NCBI GenBank assembly: GCA_965246965.1
Contig: CBDFGD010000002.1
Coordinates: forward strand, 3,701,208 to 3,765,207
Direction of reading: 5' to 3'
Source: Vicinamibacteria bacterium
GTDB taxonomy: Bacteria > Acidobacteriota > Vicinamibacteria > Fen-336 > CBDFGD01
Length of the DNA stretch: 64,000 nt
Made by a program: the position numbers and the translations under genes. Under the pieces are notes generated by a model. That model saw nothing but the letters and a program-made list of their open reading frames with translations. It had not been told where the DNA came from and did no database searches. Positions 41,256 to 49,859 of this stretch are shown here, piece by piece. The first letter of the stretch is position 1, and the number at the start of each line of letters is the position of its first letter.

Positions 41256-42187
41256 ATGGGAACAGCCAAGGCCCTGACGCTCGCCTGCGTCGTCGCTTCC
41301 GCGGTCTCGCTGTCCGCGGCCCAGCAGCTTCCCGACATGGTCGTAGCGCCGGGGGCCAGCGCCCCCTCGGCAAGCGTCGGGGCGCCGTCGTGGCGATGGA
41401 CCCACGCACGGGGCGCGTGATCGCGATCGTCAAGCCTGTGTACGGACTGCTCCACGCCTATCAACCGTGCTCGGTATTCAAGATCGTCGTGGGCGTAGCG
41501 GGGCTCGCCGAAGGTGTGATTGCGCCGTCCTCCCGCTACCGTTGCCAGCGGGGTTGTTGGGCTTGGCCGGGCCACGATTCAATCGACCTGCGCCGTGCGC
41601 TCGCAGTGTCCTGCAATCCCTACTTCCAGTGGGTGGGCTCGCGCCTGGGGTGGCCCCGCATCCGCGAGTATGCGGATCGTTTCGGCCTGGGTCGGACGAC
41701 GGGCATCAATCTCACTGGCGAGATCAAGGGTCGGCTGCCCTGGTCCGTGACGAAGGCCCGGGTCGGCTACGTGTCGAGCCACGCCGCCGGAATCCGCACG
41801 ACGGCGCTCCAACTCGGTGTCCTGATCTCCGCCACCGTCAACGGCGGCCACGTCATGGAGCCGCGGTTGGCGCCCGAGTCGGGATTCGTCGCGAAGAAGG
41901 GTTGGCGCATCCCAGCCGGAGTGCCCCTCGACGTCCTGGCCGGTGGGTACTACTCGGCCGTCACCGAGGGGAGTGCATTCGGCGCCTTCGACGCGGGCTT
42001 CGTCGCGGGCGGCAAGACAGGCACCTGCTCCGGGGTGGGCTGGCTGGCCTCGTACGCTCCGGTCGACGACCCGGAGCTCGTGATCGTCGTCTTCATCCGA
42101 AACGGCAACGGTCGCGACGCTTCCGCCGTCGCCGGCGACATCTACCGGCGCATCTATGGAAGCGCGAGCCTCGCCGCCGCTCGCTAG
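41256..42187 (+). CDS. Secreted penicillin-binding-protein transpeptidase-domain-only protein (PBP2-like); single-G deletion-type frameshift in the GGGG run at 41379-41382
   Basis: Signal peptide MGTAKALTLACVVASAVSLSAA (frame 0); then frame 2 ...VVAMDPRTGRVIAIV...CSVFK (SxxK)...SCN (SxN)...GKTGT (KTG). Confidence 0.6.
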
Positions 42188-42347
42188 TACTCTGATTCGT
42201 AAATACGGTGTCGCACCGAGAACGCCGAGGCGCCCGGATGGCAAGGAGCCGAAGAGGGAAAATACCGGGAGTATTTGACCGATGAGCGACGCAGCCAGGC
42301 GGGATGCATCGGCGTTCGAATGCAACCGTAGTTGCGGATCCGAGTAC
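42181..42347. repeat. CTAG-bounded hairpin element, copy B (167 bp): 9-bp perfect terminal inverted repeat plus ~35-bp imperfect stem around an 89-bp conserved core
   Basis: CTAGTACTC...GAGTACTAG termini; arms pair (GATTCG/CGGATC, TACGGT/ACCGTA). Core 42225-42313 is identical to copy C except 1 nt. The PBP stop (TAG 42185-42187) and PEGA stop (CTA 42344-42346) lie in the element termini. Confidence 0.7.
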
Positions 42348-44023
42348 TAGTTGGGCCGCAGGTCGATGGCGAGCTCGCTCGTCTCGCCGCTCTTGACGTT
42401 TGCTGTCGCCTGGTAGGTCTTGTAGTCGGGCCGAACCACCTCGATCAGATGCGGGCCCGGCGGCAGCGGGAACGGCTCCCGTCGCAGAATCTGGCTCGTA
42501 CCGACGAAGTGCCCGTCGACGTAGACCGTCGCGTCCTCGGGCCTGACGTCGACCCGAAGACGTCCCGCGTCCGCGGGAAGCGTGGGGGCTCGGGCGTCCT
42601 CGGACCCGGCGCGAGGGGATTCGAGGCTTTGCTGTGACGGCGCCTCGACCCGTCGCTCGCTCGTCTGGACCGGCTCCGCATACGTCTCGCCGCCGGTCAG
42701 ATCCTCGACCGTGGGGGAGCCTTCGCCACGCTCGAGGTCAGCGCGGTACTTCAGCGTCTGTCCTTCCGAGATGAAGACGGCGACCTGGTGGGTCCGGTGG
42801 CCCTCGATCTCGATCGAAATCTCGTGGCGTCCTGTCGTGAGCACCAGCTTCTGGAACGCGCCGTCGAAGTCGTCGACGAGGCCGACGTAGCTCCCGTCCA
42901 AATAGACGAGGGCCTTGTTTGGTTTGACCTGGAGACGGATGGCTCCGGTCGGCTCGTAGTCAACGTGCTCCACCCGGTGTGTCACGGTGCCGCCGTAGTA
43001 GGGGTAGCTGGAGCCATAGCCGTAGTAGGGATAGCCGTACCCGGAGCCGAACGAGAGCCAGGGCCAGCCAAAACCGACATTGAAACCACCGCCCCAGAAT
43101 CCGCCGTAGCGGTAGTACGGCCGGTAGCGGTAGTAGGGGTACCGGTAGCCGTAGTAGCCGGGGCGATAGTAGCCGCCGTAGAGACCGTACGACGGCCCAC
43201 GACGGAAGCGGCCGCGCCCGCCGTAGCCGGTTCCCGTCCCGGGGCGTGGATGACGCGACTGCGCGCCCGTTCGCGGCTGCGCCGATCTGCCACTCGATCG
43301 CCCCTGGGTGACGATGGAGCTGCCGGTGTTCGAGCCGGACGAGCGGCTGGGACCGACGCCTACCTGAGTGTTCGACCCCCGCGGCCGAGCGTGGCGAGAT
43401 CCGGACCGGTCGCTCTCCTGACGAGCCTGGCCGGACGAATTGCGGCTGGCGTTACGACCCGCGGCGGCGCGCAGCGCGTCGACGGAGCTTCGCGAATTCG
43501 CCGCGCGGGAGCGCGTCGGCGACTGCTGCGAATCTCGCGACGACGATCTCGAGGGAGTCGAGCGTTGCGAGATCGACCCCGAGCGGTCCGACTGGCGCTG
43601 CTGCGAATCTCGCGACGACGATTTCGAGGCAGGCGAACGTTGCGACACCGACCTCGAGCGGTTCGCCTGGCGCTGCGAATCTCGGGACGACGACCTCGAG
43701 GCAGTCGAGCGCTGCGAGATCGACCCCGAGCGGTCCGACTGGCGCTGCTGCGAATCTCGGGACGACGACCTCGAGGCAGTCGAGTGTTGCGAGATCGACC
43801 TCGAGCGATCCGCCTGGCGCTGCGACGACCGGGAAGCAGCAGGCCTCGAAGAACGTGAAGAAGATGGTCGGGCCGAGGAGCGGGCCTGGCCTCCCCGGCT
43901 GGACGGCCGGCGAGACGCGGCGCGCGGTTTCTCGTCTTGCCCAAAGGCGGCTCCTGCCGTGAACCCCCCGGGCAGCAGTAGTGCGATTGCTGCTGTCAGG
44001 GTGGCAGCTCGCTTTGCTTGCAT
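42347..44023 (-). CDS. Secreted repeat protein: signal peptide, Ser/Arg-rich 27-aa tandem repeats, Gly/Tyr-rich low-complexity region, two C-terminal PEGA domains
   Basis: SD GAGGAGG 5 nt before the ATG (44023). MQAKRAATLTAAIALLLPGGFTAGAAFG signal. Repeats SRSISQxSTASRSSSRDSQQRQSDRSG x4. PEGA-like ...ALVYLDGSYVG... and ...ATVYVDGHFVG.... Confidence 0.7.
   Translation of the reverse strand: MQAKRAATLTAAIALLLPGGFTAGAAFGQDEKPRAASRRPSSRGGQARSSARPSSSRSSRPAASRSSQRQADRSRSISQHSTASRSSSRDSQQRQSDRSGSISQRSTASRSSSRDSQRQANRSRSVSQRSPASKSSSRDSQQRQSDRSGSISQRSTPSRSSSRDSQQSPTRSRAANSRSSVDALRAAAGRNASRNSSGQARQESDRSGSRHARPRGSNTQVGVGPSRSSGSNTGSSIVTQGRSSGRSAQPRTGAQSRHPRPGTGTGYGGRGRFRRGPSYGLYGGYYRPGYYGYRYPYYRYRPYYRYGGFWGGGFNVGFGWPWLSFGSGYGYPYYGYGSSYPYYGGTVTHRVEHVDYEPTGAIRLQVKPNKALVYLDGSYVGLVDDFDGAFQKLVLTTGRHEISIEIEGHRTHQVAVFISEGQTLKYRADLERGEGSPTVEDLTGGETYAEPVQTSERRVEAPSQQSLESPRAGSEDARAPTLPADAGRLRVDVRPEDATVYVDGHFVGTSQILRREPFPLPPGPHLIEVVRPDYKTYQATANVKSGETSELAIDLRPN
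43480..43830 (-). repeat. Coding tandem repeat, ~81-bp unit x ~4.3, within the PEGA protein gene
   Basis: Near-identical 81-bp units visible directly (e.g. CTGCGAATCTCG(C/G)GACGACGA(T/C)(C/T)TCGAGG...GAGATCGACC(C/T)CGAGCG(G/A)TCCG(A/C)CTGGCG). Confidence 0.8.
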
Positions 44024-44148
44024 CGACGCCTCCTCGGGAATGTGTCCCTGATCACCTTTGTGCAAACGCCATGCCGGCTCGGGTCGCCGAACCAGACGAG
44101 TAAGCAGTTGAGCAGGAACGACTTTCTTGTAGCAGCTCGACGGGGCGT

Positions 44149-44166
44149 TGTCCACGGCCGTGGACA
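44149..44166. promoter_or_regulatory. Perfect 18-bp palindrome TGTCCACGGCCGTGGACA in the divergent intergenic region between the PEGA gene and lpxB (candidate operator)
   Basis: The sequence equals its own reverse complement; it lies 36 bp upstream of the lpxB ATG and ~125 bp upstream of the divergently transcribed PEGA gene. Confidence 0.35.
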
Positions 44167-44201
44167 CTCGCGATCGGAATCAGCGATTAGGATGAAGCAC
44201 A

Positions 44202-45338
44202 GTGAGCGCTTCAAAACGTCTGCTCATCTCCTGCGGCGAGGCGTCGGGTGATACCTACGCCGGCGACCTGGTAGCAGAGCTTCGTCAACGCGTGCCGGTC
44301 TCAGGCTTCGGCCTGGGCGGCGATCGTCTCGAGATGCAGGGCTTTCAGCTCGTCGCCCACATCCGCGAGCTGGCCGTAGCCGGGATCCTGGAAGTCGTCG
44401 TGCACCTCAGACGATTGCGTCGCATTCTCGATGCGGTGATCCGGGAGATCGACCGCAACCCGCCGGACCTGGGCGTGATCGTTGACTACCCGGGCATCAA
44501 CCTTCGCATCGCCAAGGCGCTCAAACGGCGTGGGATCCCGGTCGTGTATTACGTGTCACCGCAGTTCTGGGCCTGGCGCAAGGGGCGCACCCGGGCGATT
44601 CGGAACAACGTGGAGAAAGTGCTCTGTATCTTTCCCTTCGAGCAGGCCTTCTTCGCGGAGTGGGGCGTCTCGGCGACCTACGTGGGACATCCGCTCGTCG
44701 ACCTCGTGAAGCAGCCCGAAGACCCCGCTGGATTCATCGAGGGAATCGGCCTTAGTCCACAGAAGCCGCTGGTCGCCATCCTGCCTGGCAGCCGACCCGG
44801 CGAGCTGCACTTCAATCTGCCCCCGCTGGCCGAGTCGGTGCGACGCTTGCGCGCTGCGCGGCCCGAGCTTCAGTTCGTCGCGGCCGCCGCACCGGCGCTG
44901 GATCCGAACGAGCTGCGCAAAGGGCTCGCCGACGCATCCGTGCCCGTCGTCTCGAATCGCACCCAGGCGGCCATCGCTGCGGCGGATCTCGCGCTCGTCG
45001 CCTCCGGGACCGCCACCGTCGAGGCGGCCCTGCTCGACACGCCGATGGTGGTCGTGTACCGCATCAATCGGCTCTCGTATCTGCTGGGTCGGCCGCTCGT
45101 CGAGGTGCCCCACTACGCGATGGTCAACCTGATCGCGGAGCGGCGCTTCGTGCCCGAGCTGATCCAGGGTGAGTTCACGCCCGACAACGTCGTGCGCCAC
45201 TCGCTCGCCCTGCTGGACGATCCGGCGCGCACCCGGGAGATGCGGGCGGGCCTCGCCGACGTCCGCAAGCGGCTCGGCGGCGGTGGCGCCTCGGCCCGCG
45301 CCGCCGACGAAATCGTGGCACTTCTGGCCGCAAGTTGA
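44202..45338 (+). CDS. lpxB: Lipid-A-disaccharide synthase
   Basis: 378 aa; N-terminal LLISCGEASGD...VVYYVSPQFWAWRKGR...HPLVD motifs of LpxB. Confidence 0.85.
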   Translation: MSASKRLLISCGEASGDTYAGDLVAELRQRVPVSGFGLGGDRLEMQGFQLVAHIRELAVAGILEVVVHLRRLRRILDAVIREIDRNPPDLGVIVDYPGINLRIAKALKRRGIPVVYYVSPQFWAWRKGRTRAIRNNVEKVLCIFPFEQAFFAEWGVSATYVGHPLVDLVKQPEDPAGFIEGIGLSPQKPLVAILPGSRPGELHFNLPPLAESVRRLRAARPELQFVAAAAPALDPNELRKGLADASVPVVSNRTQAAIAAADLALVASGTATVEAALLDTPMVVVYRINRLSYLLGRPLVEVPHYAMVNLIAERRFVPELIQGEFTPDNVVRHSLALLDDPARTREMRAGLADVRKRLGGGGASARAADEIVALLAAS

Positions 45339-45345
45339 GTCCGTG

Positions 45346-45768
45346 CACCAGCTGACGTCGACGCTTCGAGCGCTGACGCGGCCAGACCTCGAGCTCGCCG
45401 ACCTGCTCGAGCGTCGTCTGGTCGCTTTCGAGCGCGTGGCGCGAGGCGAGGTCGACGAAGAAGTCGTCGACCAGCTCGGCGGCTCGGAGAACTTCCGACG
45501 CTTCCTGGCGGCGCGCGAGGGGAGCTGGGACGACGGCGACGAGAACCTGGTTCGCGGCGATCTCGATCGATGGGGGAAGCAGGATGAAGATCCGCCGCGC
45601 GACATCGCCGCCCGCCTGGTCGACGCCGCCAACCACATCGGCTCGATCCGCGCGCGACCCGGGACGGTGTGGTTTCTGCTCTGGGAGATGGAGGGGATGG
45701 TCGCGGATCTGCGCGAGCTGTTGAGCCTCCGGAGCGCGGAACATCCGGGTCCCCGAAAGCGTACTTAA
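45346..45768 (+). CDS. Hypothetical protein (start uncertain)
   Basis: Open frame after lpxB with acidic/helical composition (...EVDEEVVDQLGGSENFRRFLAAREGSWDD...); no recognised domain. Confidence 0.3.
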   Translation, partial: HQLTSTLRALTRPDLELADLLERRLVAFERVARGEVDEEVVDQLGGSENFRRFLAAREGSWDDGDENLVRGDLDRWGKQDEDPPRDIAARLVDAANHIGSIRARPGTVWFLLWEMEGMVADLRELLSLRSAEHPGPRKRT

Positions 45769-45793
45769 GTTAGAGGCAACTCTTTGCTATACT
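45765..45793 (+). promoter_or_regulatory. Sigma70-like promoter upstream of the response-regulator gene
   Basis: TTAAGT (45765-45770) - 17 nt - TATACT (45788-45793) in an AT-rich intergenic stretch; GAGGGG SD-like 8 nt before the TTG start at 45833. Confidence 0.4.
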
Positions 45794-45832
45794 GAGACAT
45801 ACATCGTTTGCCGCCTTTCGCGAGGGGCGCTC

Positions 45833-46216
45833 TTGACGGACGCAATCCTGGTCGTCGACGACGACCAGAACATCCTGAAACTCGAGCAGGCGATCCTCTC
45901 GAGGCAGGGCTACGAAGTGACCCTGGCGCAAGGCGGGAAGGAGTGCCTGGCGCAGCTGGCCGAGCGGGAGTTCGATCTGGTCCTGCTCGACGTGATGATG
46001 CCGGATGTGGACGGCTACACCGTGTGTCGGAAGATCCGGGAAGACGCGCGCTTGAGCGACATGCCCGTGATCTTCCTGACCGCCAAGGGGGGTGGCGAGG
46101 CGATCGGCGAGGGCTTCGATGCCGGGGGCAGCATGTACATCAGCAAGCCGTTCACGGCCAGCAAGCTGTTGGAAATGGTCCGAACGGTGCTCGACGCACG
46201 GGGGGCGAAGGCCTAG
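45833..46216 (+). CDS. Single-domain response regulator (CheY-like receiver)
   Basis: ILVVDDDQN...DLVLLDVMMPDVDG...VIFLTAKGG receiver motifs; TTG start. Confidence 0.8.
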   Translation: MTDAILVVDDDQNILKLEQAILSRQGYEVTLAQGGKECLAQLAEREFDLVLLDVMMPDVDGYTVCRKIREDARLSDMPVIFLTAKGGGEAIGEGFDAGGSMYISKPFTASKLLEMVRTVLDARGAKA

Positions 46217-46378
46217 CAGCCCGTGGTGGAAGTGCTCCGCGTCGAGGGCGAAAAAGGACCGCTCTCGTCGTGGTATGACTTTCGCCAGGCGCTGCTAAGC
46301 TCGGGCCGACGGCGGGGTCGACGCCCGGGGCCGCAGCCGGGCGAGGCGCGAAACGAATCGAAACGAAGGGGGAGAGCA

Positions 46379-46885
46379 ATGGTCCTTGAAGAAGCGAGGG
46401 CAGGGCAGAACATTCTCGAGCGGCTGGCCAACATGGTGCCCGGTCTCAAGGGCTACCGGAAGAAGGAGCTGCGCCGCGATTCCGATCGCATCCTGCGCGA
46501 GCACCTCGCCAAGCAGCTCGAGGAGTGCAAGAAGGGGCTCAACGACATTTCGAGCGCCGCCTTGCGCGCCAAGCAGCTCGACGTGATCAATGACGTCGAG
46601 ACCGCGCGCAAGCGCACCGACAAGCTGGCCAACCGGATCCGCTATGCAGATCGCGGCTACGCCGGCTTCTTCGACGCCGTCAAGGTGGACGATGCGAAGC
46701 TCGGAGCCGTCTACGAGTTCGACATGGGCATGGTGGCGGCGATCGACTCGATCCGGAGCGCCGAGCGCAACGCGTCCGTGGCGAGCGCCGACGTGGCGTC
46801 AGGCGTCCGGGCAATGATCGCGGAGATCGACGCCCTCGACACCAAGTTGAGCGAGCGCGAGCAGATTCTCCGCGGGATCAATTAA
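46379..46885 (+). CDS. Hypothetical coiled-coil protein upstream of the SPFH gene
   Basis: 168-aa ORF from the ATG at 46379, helical/coiled-coil composition; 9-bp gap to the next gene. Confidence 0.45.
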   Translation: MVLEEARAGQNILERLANMVPGLKGYRKKELRRDSDRILREHLAKQLEECKKGLNDISSAALRAKQLDVINDVETARKRTDKLANRIRYADRGYAGFFDAVKVDDAKLGAVYEFDMGMVAAIDSIRSAERNASVASADVASGVRAMIAEIDALDTKLSEREQILRGIN

Positions 46886-46894
46886 GGAGGAATC

Positions 46895-48076
46895 ATGGCC
46901 ATTCTCGAGCTGCTCCAGCATCAGACCGATGCCAAGAACGAGATCGCCTACCGAGAGCCCCAGAAGGGTTCGGCGGACATCAAGGTCGGCGCGCAGCTGA
47001 TCGTTCAAGAGAACCAGTGGGCGGTCTTCTACAGAGACGGCAAGGCGCTCGACACCTTCGCATCGGGTCGCCACACACTGACGACCTTGAACCTGCCGCT
47101 GATCTCGAAGGTGATCGGTAAGCCGTGGGGCGACTCGCCCTTCCAGGCCCATGTCTACTTCATCAGCCGAGCGCTGTACCGGGAGCTGAAGTGGGGGACC
47201 CCGGAGCCGATGATGTTCCCCGACAAGCAGTTCGGGGTCGTGCCGCTGCGCGCGTTCGGCGAATTCTCGATGCGCGTCTCGGACTCACAGCTGTTCCTGC
47301 AGCAGCTCGTCCACACCCAGGCGCGCTTCGCGACGAACGACATCGAGAACTACCTCAAGAAGTTCATCGTCACCCACTTGAACGACATCATGGGCGAGAC
47401 GCTCGAAACGTTCACCGATCTACCGAAGTACCAGCTCGAGATCTCGGGCGCCTTGAAGGCCAGCGTTGCGGACGACTTCGGCAAGGTCGGCATCGAGCTG
47501 GTCGATTTCACGATCGGCGCGATCTCGCCGCCGGAAGACCTCCAGGAGAAGATCAAGGAGGCCGCGGGCGTGCGCGCCTTCGGGGCATTGCTCGGCGGAG
47601 ACGCCGCGTCTCGCTTCCAGCAGGTGCAGGTGGGCAAGGCCGTCGTCGCGGCCGCGTCGAACGAAGGCGAAGGCGGCAATGCCGCGAGCCTGGGGCTCGG
47701 CGCGGGCATCGGCTTCATGATGCCCGGCATGATGGCCGGCGCCATGCAGCAGGGAGCTCAGGGCGCCGCGCCGCCGGGAGCGCCGGGAGCGCCAGGAGCA
47801 GCGGGAGCAGCGGGAGCCGCCGCCGCGGCTATGGTGGCCTGTCCAAAGTGCAACGGGCAGGTGGCAGTGGGCGCCAAGTTCTGTTCGAGCTGTGGCAACG
47901 CGATGCCCGCGCCGTCCGCCTGCTCGAAGTGCAACGCCGAGGTCGCTCCCCGGGCTAAGTTCTGCTCGAGCTGCGGCAATCCCATGGCAGCGGCGCCGGC
48001 GGCATGTCCCAGTTGCAAGGCCGATCTCGAGCCGGGCGCCAAGTTTTGTGGCAGCTGCGGCCACAAGATGGAGTAG
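46895..48076 (+). CDS. SPFH/band-7 domain protein with Ala/Gly-rich linker and three C-terminal zinc-ribbon repeats
   Basis: SD AGGAGG before the ATG; SPFH-like N-terminal ~250 aa; three repeats CP(K/S)C...AKFC(S/G)SCG. Confidence 0.8.
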   Translation: MAILELLQHQTDAKNEIAYREPQKGSADIKVGAQLIVQENQWAVFYRDGKALDTFASGRHTLTTLNLPLISKVIGKPWGDSPFQAHVYFISRALYRELKWGTPEPMMFPDKQFGVVPLRAFGEFSMRVSDSQLFLQQLVHTQARFATNDIENYLKKFIVTHLNDIMGETLETFTDLPKYQLEISGALKASVADDFGKVGIELVDFTIGAISPPEDLQEKIKEAAGVRAFGALLGGDAASRFQQVQVGKAVVAAASNEGEGGNAASLGLGAGIGFMMPGMMAGAMQQGAQGAAPPGAPGAPGAAGAAGAAAAAMVACPKCNGQVAVGAKFCSSCGNAMPAPSACSKCNAEVAPRAKFCSSCGNPMAAAPAACPSCKADLEPGAKFCGSCGHKME

Positions 48077-48081
48077 CGGAG

Positions 48082-48107
48082 GCCCGCCACCCCTGGCGGG
48101 CGTTTCG
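48082..48107. terminator. Putative bidirectional intrinsic terminator between convergent SPFH and osmC-like genes
   Basis: GCCCGCCA-cccc-TGGCGGGC hairpin (8-bp GC stem) followed by GTTTCG; T-tract is weak. Confidence 0.35.
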
Positions 48108-48117
48108 AGGGGGTCCG

Positions 48118-48585
48118 TTACGTCTCCTCGATGTCCGCCTTGATGTCGATCGGGATCGAGCCCCTGACGCTCGTCGCTGCCGGGCACTTCTGCTCGTGCG
48201 TCGCGATCGCGCGCTCGGCGGCGTCTCGTTTGCCCTTCGGGATCTGAAGTGAGTAGCGGACCCGGATGCTCGTGATCCGGAGCACCTTGTCCGCCTCGCC
48301 GACGTCGCCCTCGACGTTGGCGATGAGGCTCTCTCTCGTCACCGGAATTTCGCGCACCTCCAGTGCACGTGCAAGGGTGCCGAGCAGTCAGCCGCCGACC
48401 GCGGCCACGATATGATCGAGCGTCGCCGGCACCTCCTCTTCAGGCTCCACGCCGTAGAACCGCTTGATCTCGCTGTGGACGCCGAACCGGAGCGGCTCGT
48501 CGAACGGTGCCACCCACGCGTGCCGGATCGGGCCTTTGATACGCTCGACACGAACGCGGCTGGTGTAAATCTCCTGTATCGCCAT
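48118..48585 (-). CDS. OsmC/Ohr-family peroxiredoxin-like protein with in-frame TGA at the first conserved (peroxidatic) Cys position (selenocysteine candidate)
   Basis: SD GAGGAG 5 nt before the ATG (48585). Reads ...LDHIVAAVGG[TGA 48388-48390]LLGTLARALEVREIP...HEQKCPAATSVRG.... The TGA aligns with the Cys of the AAxxGC motif; the second Cys (KCP) is present; same frame continues to the TGA at 48118. Confidence 0.65.
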
Positions 48586-48673
48586 GTAGTCTCCTCGCTA
48601 TCGGTGCATCAGCATAGCGAGCGCGGCCGCGTCGGCGCCAACATCGGGCGAAATAAGAGAAGGCGTTCCGGAG

Positions 48674-49156
48674 GTGCGAATGAAAGAGCTGGCCGACGAG
48701 CTGAGGGCCGCGGTTCGCGAAGCCCGCGCGCGACTCGAGGCGATCGACGAGAAGGGGAGCCTCGCGATGGGGCCCGGGACGTGGTCGAAACGGCAGATTC
48801 TCGGTCACTTGATCGACTCGGCGCTGAACAACGACCAACGCTTCGTGAGAGCGCCGTCCAGCGAAACCCTGAATTTTCGCGACTACGAACAAGACGCCTG
48901 GGTGACGGCGCACGGCTACGCCGAGCGACCCTGGGCAGAGCTCGTCGCGCTCTGGGCGTTGCTGAACGAGCAGGTCGCTAGTGCCATCGAGCGGCTGCCG
49001 GCGGAACGGCTCGCGACGCCGTGCCGCATCGGTGGCGGCGACGCCCAGACCCTCGAGTTCGTAGCCACCGACTACCCCAAGCACATGCAGCATCACCTGC
49101 TGCAGATTCTCGACCCGGCCGCCGCCGCCGGTAGGCGGTACCCGCCGGTTGCGTAG
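48674..49156 (+). CDS. DinB/YfiT-like (DinB_2 superfamily) protein
   Basis: 160 aa, ...WSKRQILGHLIDSALNNDQRF... and ...DYPKHMQHHLLQI... four-helix-bundle His-rich pattern. Confidence 0.6.
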   Translation: MRMKELADELRAAVREARARLEAIDEKGSLAMGPGTWSKRQILGHLIDSALNNDQRFVRAPSSETLNFRDYEQDAWVTAHGYAERPWAELVALWALLNEQVASAIERLPAERLATPCRIGGGDAQTLEFVATDYPKHMQHHLLQILDPAAAAGRRYPPVA

Positions 49157-49174
49157 ACCGGGAGCGGGCGTCGC

Positions 49175-49588
49175 GTGAGCGGGGAGGATGTTCCGATCGG
49201 CGCCGCCGGCGAGGCGAGCATCGAGGTGGCCGAAGCCGATCTCGCCAGTGCCCTCAACTTCGCTGGCGGCGACGTCTATCCGCGGGTCTTCGCCACCTCT
49301 CGCATGATCGCGCTGATGGAGATCGCCGCCTCGCGGGCGATGAATCGCTACCTCGATCCTGGTCAGCTGTCGGTGGGCGTGACGGTCGACATCGAGCACA
49401 CGGCCCCGACGCCCCACGGCGCGCGCGTCGTGGCCCGCTCGCGATTGGTCGAGAGGCAGGGCAAGCTCCTCGTGTTCGAGGTGATCGCCGAAGACGAGAC
49501 CGGCGAGATCGGTCGGGGTCGCCACAAGCGAGCGGTGGTCGAGGACGCACGGCTCGTCGCGGGAGCAGAACGCCGCCGGCGCTCGTGA
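49175..49588 (+). CDS. Hotdog-fold thioesterase family protein
   Basis: 137 aa; ...FATSRMIALMEIAASRAM...GVTVDIEHTAPTPHGARV... typical of 4HBT/FlK-like thioesterases. Confidence 0.65.
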   Translation: MSGEDVPIGAAGEASIEVAEADLASALNFAGGDVYPRVFATSRMIALMEIAASRAMNRYLDPGQLSVGVTVDIEHTAPTPHGARVVARSRLVERQGKLLVFEVIAEDETGEIGRGRHKRAVVEDARLVAGAERRRRS

Positions 49589-49859
49589 AGCGGCGAGGGA
49601 GACACAACAGGGGGCGAGCGGGCGACGATCTTGCATGACATGGAGCAGACCGGGCTCTTCCTCCGCGATGCTGAGGGCACGGTCCGGCTCGGTGCGGCGC
49701 AGTTCGCGCACGGAGGCGGCGGCTGCGCGCTGCATGGAGAAGAATCCAAGGGGGCGGCGGTCCTCTACCAGAAGGGCGGGAAGGGGTCGCTCTCCTTCTA
49801 CGACGAAGCGGGAGGCGTGACCCATCGAGTGCCGAAGCGGGAGTGAAGACCGCGATGGT

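Noticed and set aside
42225-42313. Hammerhead-like ribozyme motif in the repeat core (CGAUGAG...GAAA)
   Set aside because: The core has CGAUGAG rather than the CUGAUGA consensus, and the stems required for a hammerhead cannot be placed convincingly.
43480-43830. Possible CRISPR array (regular direct repeats)
   Set aside because: Units are contiguous 81-bp repeats with no unique spacers, they lie inside an open reading frame encoding a repetitive protein, and no cas genes are nearby.
43440-44051. Plus-strand ORF across the 81-bp tandem repeats (CCESRDDDLE... repeats)
   Set aside because: Mirror-strand reading of the repeat region. The minus strand has a signal peptide, strong SD and PEGA domains, so the plus ORF is considered spurious.
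49631-49846. 71-aa Gly-rich ORF between the thioesterase and the GT-C-like membrane protein
   Set aside because: No start-site signal or domain features, and the composition is typical of a noncoding high-GC frame.
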